38,173 nucleotides of DNA, taken from assembly GCA_022821735.1 (NCBI GenBank), contig JAJECZ010000372.1:1-38173 (forward strand), written 5' to 3'. A program made the translations under genes and the position numbers. The notes below the pieces were generated by a model that worked only from the letters and a program-made list of their open reading frames with translations, made no database searches and was not told where the DNA came from. Origin of the DNA: Alphaproteobacteria bacterium. Lineage in GTDB: Bacteria > Pseudomonadota > Alphaproteobacteria > Bin95. Shown here piece after piece: positions 24,858 to 32,131 of this stretch (positions are counted from its first letter, which is position 1; the number at the start of each line of letters is the position of its first letter).

Positions 24858-26543
24858 ATGAACATGCCCAAGAACGTCCTCTTGATCGAGCCCGGGTATC
24901 CGAATAAGTACCCGCCGCTTGGGCTTATGAAGATCGCCGCATATCACGGCGTTCGCGGACGCGGCGACAATGTCGTCTTCATCAAGGGTCCCGAACCCGC
25001 AGTCCTGGCGCAGCACTGGGACCGTGTATACGTGACCACGCTGTTCAGCTTCGAATGGAAGACGACAGCCAGAGCGATCGACTTTGCGATTGAGGCGGCC
25101 GCATACCAGTCGGAAAGGGTCTTCGTCGGCGGGATTGCTGCATCGCTGATGCACGACTCCTTCGTTTCCGAGCCCCGATGGGCGGGGGTACGATTCATCA
25201 AGGGACTTCTCGATGTATCGCCTGCGAGCGCGCTTAAGCTCTCCGCGGCCGATGGAGACTTCGGCGCCGACGATCTCCATGGCACACCAATCGAGGAGCT
25301 CGTACCCGATTACAGCATTCTCGACCAGATTGCCGACAGCTACACATATCCCGTCAACGATGCGTATTTCGGATACGCATCGCGAGGTTGCGTGCGCAAG
25401 TGCGCATTCTGCGGCGTACCCAAGCTCGAAGGCCGGCAGCGTGAGATGCCACCGCTCGCCCAGCTTGTCCGAGGTGTCTCGGACCATTATGGCGAGAAAA
25501 AGGATCTTGTCCTAATGGACAACAACATCACCGCGTCTTCCCGCTTCAAGGAGATCATGGCCGAAATCCGTGATTTGGGATTCACGCCAAACGCAACTTT
25601 GCTTCGGCCTAATGGGAGATCTGTCCGGCGGCGCGTCGATTTCAACCAGGGCGTCGATGCGCGCATTCTGGCCAAGTCCCCGATGTTTCTCAGGGAAATG
25701 TCCACGATTTGCATCAGCCCATTGCGGATCGCTTTCGATCATCTGGGCGTGCGCAAGGTGTATGAGGCCTCGGTCCGCATGGCAGCGGACAATGATATTC
25801 GATCCTTGTCGAACTACATGCTGTACAATTTCATGGACGATCCTGCGGATTTGTATCAGCGCATGCGGCTCAACATTGATCTCAATGAAGAGCTGGGGCT
25901 ACGGATATGGTCCTTTCCCATGCGATATCAGCCGGTCACCCTGAAAGAACGCACCCATGTGGGAAAGCGTTGGAACCGGTATTATCTGCGATCATTCCAG
26001 ATCATGCTCCAAGCGACCAGAGGAGTGGTTAGCGGCGCTCCAGACTTCTTCTCCAGGGCCTATGGTAATTCGCCCGAGGATTTCCAGCGGCTTCTGCGTC
26101 TGCCCCACGCCTTCATTTTCCATCGGGACTATTACGAGAATCCTGCCCGCGACGGCCGCGCCGTCATGGACGAGTATCTGGCGGCCCGGTCGAAGCTCTC
26201 TGTGAGCCAGGAACATGAGCTGGTAAGCCTGCTGGCCGGACCTCCCGAACAAAAGACGGTATCTCTTGTCCGATTCCGCAAGCTCGTATCGGACAGCACC
26301 GTGGACCGCCCGATCCGGGAACTTCTGCGATACCACTCTCTGGGAACCCAACACCCCCCCGGCGCCAACGCGAGAGTGGTCGAGCCTCTTTTCGACCGGC
26401 TCAATCCCGACCCGGTCCTGCCCGATGACGAGAGGGTGGAGGATGCCGGGCTCTTCGGACCAGGCGATCTGGACGGCGGACGAGTCGCGCCGCTCGGTGC
26501 GCGCTCCGGGCATCGCGCCTGGCGAGCCGCGGAGACCGGTTAG
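24858..26543 (+). CDS. Radical SAM enzyme with an N-terminal B12-binding-like (Rossmann) domain (cluster gene H).
   Basis: 561 aa. The CX3CX2C motif GCVRKCAFCG lies at 25389-25412. The N-terminus LLIEPGYPNKYPPLGLMKIAAYH...VFVGGIAAS is typical of radical SAM proteins with a B12-binding domain. The long C-terminal region is unassigned. Confidence 0.88.
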   Translation: MNMPKNVLLIEPGYPNKYPPLGLMKIAAYHGVRGRGDNVVFIKGPEPAVLAQHWDRVYVTTLFSFEWKTTARAIDFAIEAAAYQSERVFVGGIAASLMHDSFVSEPRWAGVRFIKGLLDVSPASALKLSAADGDFGADDLHGTPIEELVPDYSILDQIADSYTYPVNDAYFGYASRGCVRKCAFCGVPKLEGRQREMPPLAQLVRGVSDHYGEKKDLVLMDNNITASSRFKEIMAEIRDLGFTPNATLLRPNGRSVRRRVDFNQGVDARILAKSPMFLREMSTICISPLRIAFDHLGVRKVYEASVRMAADNDIRSLSNYMLYNFMDDPADLYQRMRLNIDLNEELGLRIWSFPMRYQPVTLKERTHVGKRWNRYYLRSFQIMLQATRGVVSGAPDFFSRAYGNSPEDFQRLLRLPHAFIFHRDYYENPARDGRAVMDEYLAARSKLSVSQEHELVSLLAGPPEQKTVSLVRFRKLVSDSTVDRPIRELLRYHSLGTQHPPGANARVVEPLFDRLNPDPVLPDDERVEDAGLFGPGDLDGGRVAPLGARSGHRAWRAAETG

Positions 26544-26565
26544 TCCATCTCGTTGAGGAAAGCCC

Positions 26566-28062
26566 ATGCCACTCGAAGAGCCACTGTCGACATTGGTCGG
26601 AGGGAACGTTCTGTCCTTGGTCACGGCGGGAATGTACGACGACCCTTTGGCGATCTACCGTGAATACATTCAGAACGCCGCTGATGCTGTCTCTCGTTCC
26701 AACCGATCGGGCCGCGTAGACATCACTATCGATCCCGTCGCGCGGCGCATTCGAATCCGCGACAACGGTCCGGGCCTTTCTCGAGCGGAAGCAACACGCT
26801 CCCTCGTAGTTGTTGCCGACAGTGACAAGACGCACGGTGTCGACAGGGGCTTCCGGGGCATCGGTCGATTGTCAGGCTTGGCCTGCGCCGAATTCGTGGT
26901 CTTCAGAACGCGATGCCGCTCTCGCAAGCGTATCACCCGCGTCGAGTGGGATGGCGTTGTAATGCGGACCAAGCTGCTCGACCGCGCAACCTTGGAGGAT
27001 ACGATCCGTAGTTGCGTTTCCGTCTCCTCTGAAGATGCAGGCGATTATCCCGAACATTTCTTCGAGGTTGAAATCCTTGGTGTCAGCCGACACGTCTCCG
27101 GCAGACTGCTGAACAGCGATGCCGTCAAGGACTATGTCTCCGAGGTGTGTCCGGTTCCGATATCGGACGATTTCCCCTTGGCTGACGAGGTGACCGGTTA
27201 CCTTCACGGCCATATCCTGGGTCCCCCGCTCGACATTCACGTCAACGGTGCTGAGGAAGCTCTTCGGCGCCTGCGCCATCCGGCAATCGCATTCTCGGAC
27301 GTCCATCATGAGGCCTTTGCCGAATTGGAGACATTCCAAGTCCCGGACGCCGAAGGTCGGGGGCTATCCGCTATTGGTTGGCTCGCTCATTCAGCCTACC
27401 TCGGCGCGATCCCGAAGAACCTTCGCCTCCGGGGAATCCGGGCTAGGTGCGGCAATATTCAGGTCGGCAGCGACACCGTGTTCGACCACTTGTTCCGAGA
27501 GGAACGCTTCAATCGCTGGTGCGTGGGCGAAGTCCACGTAATCGACCCGCGCATTCTCCCCAACGGGCACCGAACCTATTTCGAGAGCGGCCCGCGCATC
27601 CGAAATCTCGAAAATCACCTTTCCGCAATCGCGCACCAGGTTTCCAGTCGTTGTCGGCGCCATTCGTCCATTCGACATCGACAGCGACAAATGGCGTCGA
27701 AACTGGAGCGAGCAGAAAACGCCTTGGAAGCAGCAGTCAAGCTTATCGGTTCCGAACCCTCCGCAAGGGATTATGCTTGGCGGGTACTGGGCGCGGAGGC
27801 AGAAGCCCTCCGACGTCTACGCGCAGACACGCCGGTCTCGCAAATTGATTGCCCAGAAACACTAAACAGCCTTTCAACGCTGGAAGCGACCCTCTCGACG
27901 CGGACCAAGCAACTGAAACCGTCCTTCACACGACACATCGGCATTAGAAATCCCGGCGATGATCGTTGGAGAGTAGCCTTCGAACGTTTGGCCTCTGCTT
28001 GCGGCTCGCCTACGCTGGCTCTAACCGCTATTCAACACGCGTTTCTAGACACCGGCTGCTAG
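26566..28062 (+). CDS. GHKL (Bergerat-fold, MORC/Hsp90/MutL-like) ATPase (cluster gene I).
   Basis: 498 aa. Motif I is EYIQNAADA (Asn at 26674-26676), motif II is DNGPG at 26761-26775, and motif III is RGFRGIGRLSG. Confidence 0.86.
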   Translation: MPLEEPLSTLVGGNVLSLVTAGMYDDPLAIYREYIQNAADAVSRSNRSGRVDITIDPVARRIRIRDNGPGLSRAEATRSLVVVADSDKTHGVDRGFRGIGRLSGLACAEFVVFRTRCRSRKRITRVEWDGVVMRTKLLDRATLEDTIRSCVSVSSEDAGDYPEHFFEVEILGVSRHVSGRLLNSDAVKDYVSEVCPVPISDDFPLADEVTGYLHGHILGPPLDIHVNGAEEALRRLRHPAIAFSDVHHEAFAELETFQVPDAEGRGLSAIGWLAHSAYLGAIPKNLRLRGIRARCGNIQVGSDTVFDHLFREERFNRWCVGEVHVIDPRILPNGHRTYFESGPRIRNLENHLSAIAHQVSSRCRRHSSIRHRQRQMASKLERAENALEAAVKLIGSEPSARDYAWRVLGAEAEALRRLRADTPVSQIDCPETLNSLSTLEATLSTRTKQLKPSFTRHIGIRNPGDDRWRVAFERLASACGSPTLALTAIQHAFLDTGC

Positions 28063-28159
28063 CCGTCCCGATTACATGATTGTCCGTTATACACTTCCCT
28101 ACTATCGGAGTATCACAAAAGCATGATCATGCTCTTCTCCGTGTATCACTGCGACTGCA

Positions 28160-29455
28160 TTATGCAGCTTCTACCATTTCATCAAATTGCTGTCTGCCAA
28201 TTCCACCCTTATTTACCAGTACGGTTTGAATCACCCTCTCTGATGCATGAAAAAAGCGTGCCGCCGCCGATATATCCTCTTCAGAAGGCACCTCTGTATT
28301 GATGTAAGATAACAGGTCCTCGTAAGGACAAAGAAGACTTTGCGCAAATGCTCGCTGAAATTTCTGCCGACCTGTCTTCGTCCTCGTTATAGGTCCTAAT
28401 GGATCGTTACCCGACCATATTGCATCACCCAAAGTGCGACACAACTCAAATCGACGCCCTTGGGCCCAGCGGGAACTCAACGCTACAACATTTCTATTCC
28501 CGTCTCCTTCCCGTAGGCGAAGACCATAATGAAGTCCGCCCGGTTCAGCATCCCTGCTGCGAAAGTGATCTTTAGAGACATTTAGCAATTCTGCCAAACG
28601 CGTATTTCTCAATGGTCCGTTGTCGGCACCCAATCCCCTACGTACTGCTGTAGCTGCCTCCTCGGCAACTTCCCAAATTGGTTTAGTGTATCGCTGTTTA
28701 ATGTCCCCCGCTGCGGCAATTGCGTCATGCAGCTCGCAAACTACTTTTGACTTCTTTGCGACCTTTATCTCTTCTGCCAGCGTGTCAGCAGATGTTTCTC
28801 CCTGACTGGCCACAATTGCCTCCTCAACTCCCTCATTCCCATAGCTTTCCAAATAACCCAGCAGTAGTTGGACTAGTTCACTCGGCGCGCGGTCGATATC
28901 GTATCCCAACTTAGCCTCTATTCGGCGCCATGTAGCCGCATTATCATCTACGCGCTCTTCTTTCAACGCCAAGAATTGCGCGTTCAACGCTACCTTGTCG
29001 TCCGAAGCCGCATCCACAGCCTTACTCAAAAACCGATCAACTGATGCTTCAAACTGATCTGCGCCTACAAAAACAAGAGCATCCTTAGTAAATCTCAGGG
29101 CAAAATTCATGCTGAGCGGATCACTACGGCAGGCGAGCCCGACTCGAGGGTCTTCACCCCAAATGCGAAGTCTTGGCCAAATGTAACCTCCGCCAATCGC
29201 CGAAAGCTCGTGGGCCAGACGCCAAGTCGGATCGACGTTGTCGGATACTATTGGTTCCCAACGTAGGCGCCACCAGTTATCCGTGATCCAAAACGCCAAT
29301 TGAACGGGCGGCGCTTGAAGATAGTCGTCAGCTTGATTTCCTCCATCTCGAACAAGTTCAGTGAAACAGACTTCACCTGATCGCAACGCTATATGCTGCG
29401 GCACTTCCCACGAGGACTCCGGTTCAGTCCGGATATCGAACTGGAAATCGGTCAT
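28160..29455 (-). CDS. Protein with a C-terminal ImmA/IrrE (COG2856)-like domain lacking the HEXXH motif.
   Basis: 431 aa. The C-terminal half fits the family template (AVRRGLGADNGPLRNTRLAELL...GRRFELCRTLGDAIW...QRAFAQSLLCPYEDLL), but CRTLGD sits where HELGH is expected. G+C is very low (26/60 at 28201-28260). Confidence 0.72.
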   Translation of the reverse strand: MTDFQFDIRTEPESSWEVPQHIALRSGEVCFTELVRDGGNQADDYLQAPPVQLAFWITDNWWRLRWEPIVSDNVDPTWRLAHELSAIGGGYIWPRLRIWGEDPRVGLACRSDPLSMNFALRFTKDALVFVGADQFEASVDRFLSKAVDAASDDKVALNAQFLALKEERVDDNAATWRRIEAKLGYDIDRAPSELVQLLLGYLESYGNEGVEEAIVASQGETSADTLAEEIKVAKKSKVVCELHDAIAAAGDIKQRYTKPIWEVAEEAATAVRRGLGADNGPLRNTRLAELLNVSKDHFRSRDAEPGGLHYGLRLREGDGNRNVVALSSRWAQGRRFELCRTLGDAIWSGNDPLGPITRTKTGRQKFQRAFAQSLLCPYEDLLSYINTEVPSEEDISAAARFFHASERVIQTVLVNKGGIGRQQFDEMVEAA

Positions 29456-29958
29456 CGCCGGAAACCGTAAAGCGTTTTACATTGTTGAACTGCTTGATGT
29501 GCTAGTTGGTTTCCGTGTACTTGGACCCAATCTCTGAATCGCCTGTATACCAGCACCGCTATCGGCTCGGTGCGTCGCACGGGGTAGCCATGATACTCTG
29601 TCTGTACAATGTTTGTAATCCTCCCCTCGTAAATCCAGCCGTTGTTTGCAACGGCCCAGATGATGCCATTTTCGCCGACTAGGCCAGCCTGTAAACCCCG
29701 GTGAATCATTGGGCGAATTAGAGGGATGTGAGCGGGTTGAAAATTGGCATCCCGGTCGCAGAGGGTGGCATCTCCTCTAGTACCCAAGAAAGGTTCGAGG
29801 CCATAGAGGTGGGGATTTTGCTTATGCTTAGAATATGGTTGGTAGATTATGTTTTGTTGCAATTGCGCGATGTAGGCCGGAGGAGGATTGGCCAACAGTC
29901 GGCGCTTCTCGTTGTTTGAGTGCCGAGCAGGTAGGTTGGATCTCGTTGCCGGTCGCAT
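29452..29958 (-). CDS. Hypothetical protein, family unassigned.
   Basis: 168 aa with an ATGA overlap onto the downstream gene. A conserved-looking core reads GIIWAVANNGWIYEGRITNIVQTEYHGYPV. G+C is low. Confidence 0.65.
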   Translation of the reverse strand: MRPATRSNLPARHSNNEKRRLLANPPPAYIAQLQQNIIYQPYSKHKQNPHLYGLEPFLGTRGDATLCDRDANFQPAHIPLIRPMIHRGLQAGLVGENGIIWAVANNGWIYEGRITNIVQTEYHGYPVRRTEPIAVLVYRRFRDWVQVHGNQLAHQAVQQCKTLYGFRR

Positions 29959-30320
29959 CCTCTACACTCTCCTCGGCACCAGATTCGCCGCCCCTGTTTC
30001 CACATCGCAGTCTCAGTGCGGGGATTTCACAGCTTGGCTCTAGTCGTAGGTGCTGGTCTGGGAATCACATCGAGCAGGGTCCCAAGTCTTCTTACCACAT
30101 ATGCAGCCGCAGTTGGGTAGTGTATCTGCCTGTTCTGTCACGCGCGCGGGGGCCGGGTGCGCTCGGGGAGCCTAAGTTGGCCTTCTGCTGGCATTCCCTG
30201 TACCGCGTGGACAGGCCGGTGAAGGCTCCCGTCATCGTGTCGCAAGCGGGCGAATTCAACATCGCGACCGTCATTGTCCGGCCCTGTCCTGTTTCCATCT
30301 TCCGCAGCGGACTATGAAGC

Positions 30321-30596
30321 TCAGCCGCCGACGGCATTCCTGAGCGACCTGCCCGGCTTGAAGACGGGCACGGTCGAAGCCGCCACAGGCACATTTTCTC
30401 CCGTGCGGGGGTTGCGGGCGATGCGCGCCGGTCGCGCCCTGGTTCCGAAGCTGCCGAATCCGAGGCTTCGCACGTCCTCGCCATTTGCCAGGGCTTCGCC
30501 GATCACCTCGAACACGCCCTCCACCGCATCCTTCGCAGCCGCTTTCGTCATTCCCGTCCGGTCCGCGAGGCGCTCACCCAGTTCCGACTTGTTCAT
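30321..30596 (-). CDS. hup: HU/IHF-family nucleoid-associated DNA-binding protein.
   Basis: 91 aa from the ATG at 30596 within track ORF 30321-31025: MNKSELGERLADRTGMTKAAAKDAVEGVFEVIGEALANGEDVRSLGFGSFGTRARPARIARNPRTGENVPVAASTVPVFKPGRSLRNAV. Confidence 0.92.
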   Translation of the reverse strand: MNKSELGERLADRTGMTKAAAKDAVEGVFEVIGEALANGEDVRSLGFGSFGTRARPARIARNPRTGENVPVAASTVPVFKPGRSLRNAVGG

Positions 30597-30763
30597 CCCT
30601 GCACTCCCATGCTTGTCATCACCGGCCCGCTGTCCGCCTGAGTAGTATGTTGGGCCATTCTGCGCGATATGCCTCGCCTTGGGGTCGTCGCGCTTCCGCG
30701 CCATGAGCGGCACGTCCGGGAACGGCGTGTTACGGTCGCGGCGGCGTGTTGTCGGGGGGTGCG

Positions 30764-31189
30764 ATGCTGGACGACAGGGAACTCCTAGAGAAGCTTGCCA
30801 AGGTGGAAGCCCTGTTCCGGCGGGCCGCCAGTCCGGGGGAGCAGGCTGCTGCAGGAGCTGCGATGGACCGGCTGCGCGACCGGCTCGGCGCCTCCGACCG
30901 GGATGGCGGTCCGGAAACCGAACTCCAGTTCTCGCTGCCGGACGCCTGGTCGGTCCGGCTGTTCGTCGCCGTCTGCCGCAAACACGGCCTGCGCCCGTTC
31001 CGCTATGCGCGGCAACGGCGGACAACGGTGATGGTGCGCGCCCGCGAGCGACATTTCGATCGTGTGGTGTGGGCCGAGTTCAGCCACCTTCAAACCGAGC
31101 TCGAACTCTACTTCGAGGACGTTACCGACCATCTGATTACCCGCGCCATGGGCTCGGACGGCGACGACAGCAACATCGGGCAGCGGTAG
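30764..31189 (+). CDS. Hypothetical protein; the N-terminal helical segment is reminiscent of DUF2786-type proteins.
   Basis: The ATG at 30764 lies within track ORF 30746-31189 (LLEKLAKVEALFRRAASPGEQAAAGAAMDRLRDRL...). It is divergent from the HU gene. Confidence 0.6.
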   Translation: MLDDRELLEKLAKVEALFRRAASPGEQAAAGAAMDRLRDRLGASDRDGGPETELQFSLPDAWSVRLFVAVCRKHGLRPFRYARQRRTTVMVRARERHFDRVVWAEFSHLQTELELYFEDVTDHLITRAMGSDGDDSNIGQR

Positions 31190-31203
31190 CTGGCGAAGCT
31201 GGC

Positions 31204-31461
31204 CTACGCGGCTTCCACGATCACGCGGCCGCGTCCCCGGCGAACGATGTAACCGCCCCGGCGGATCGAGAGCTTGCCGTCCTGGACCAGGCCCCACAAC
31301 ACATCCGAGATCGTCCCGGCATTCTCGTCGACCTCCGGCGCCTCGGCCGCCTGGTCGAGCCATTTTGCGAACGCTTCGTCGGCAATCGCGGGGCCCACGG
31401 ATTTCCGGAGCGCATTGAGTTTCCGGAGCTGGCCTTTCTTCAGGCTGGATTCATCGATCAT
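31204..31461 (-). CDS. Hypothetical small protein.
   Basis: The ATG at 31461 lies within track ORF 31204-31491 (MIDESSLKKGQLRKLNALRKSVGPAIADEAFAKWLDQ...). Codon bias is good. Confidence 0.55.
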   Translation of the reverse strand: MIDESSLKKGQLRKLNALRKSVGPAIADEAFAKWLDQAAEAPEVDENAGTISDVLWGLVQDGKLSIRRGGYIVRRGRGRVIVEAA

Positions 31462-32131
31462 GTCGAACTCTCCCGTTCCGGATTCCAACATGGGCAGCAG
31501 TTAAACCGCGATTCGCTCCAGGATGTAACATCCGCGTCCCCTGCCGCAGAAATTAAGTTGCGGCACTGCCAATCGCCGCCGAACCGAGCCAGGCATTACA
31601 GCCCGACAACCGCGCCAGCATAGCCGAGAGGCTACGGCAACTCTGCGGTGCCGCGAGGTCGCGGTCTGGCTCGGCGGGCGCGTGCTTGGCTGGATATTGA
31701 CCCGCGAGCGCGGCCGTCCCGCAGACGCCATATGGCTCATCGGCAGCCTGCCGGTCGTGCCGGGCCGTTCGTATCGGGGGGCGTGCGCGGAGCCGCCGCG
31801 CCCGCTTGCCGACGCCGAACGCCGCATTACCGAACTCGCCTATGTCCACCTTGTCGAACCCGGCGCCGGAGACGGGGCGAGGCGAATGCCGTCACCTACA
31901 CCCCGTCACAAACAACGCGAGGCAAGAATCACAGTCCTCGGCGCGCGAGCGGAACCGTGCCGGGTTCGCCGTTCTCGCCCGCCCGTCAATGGGCGCCGCG
32001 GCAGCGCCTGTACGTCCGGCCCGAACCGCAAGGGCAGGGCTCGTTGGATGTTGCCCGGCGCGGCCCTTGGACGCCGATCAGCGCCATAAGCGATTGATTG
32101 CATTCGATTATGAAGGGTCAGAGCCCGGTGC

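Larger units (their letters stand above)
16150..30130. other. Lower-G+C accessory segment (putatively horizontally acquired), with boundaries judged by eye.
   Basis: Spot counts are 31/60 G+C at 24001-24060 and 26/60 at 28201-28260, versus 45/60 at 1021-1080. Composition drops after about 16150 and rises again at about 30130. No integrase or flanking direct repeat was recognised. Confidence 0.55.

Noticed and set aside
19335-26624. Antisense ORFs inside the nine-gene cluster (19335-20135, 20833-21573, 24807-25487, 25992-26624).
   Set aside because: Each lies wholly opposite a motif-bearing + strand gene. They have no recognisable motifs and no plausible start context.
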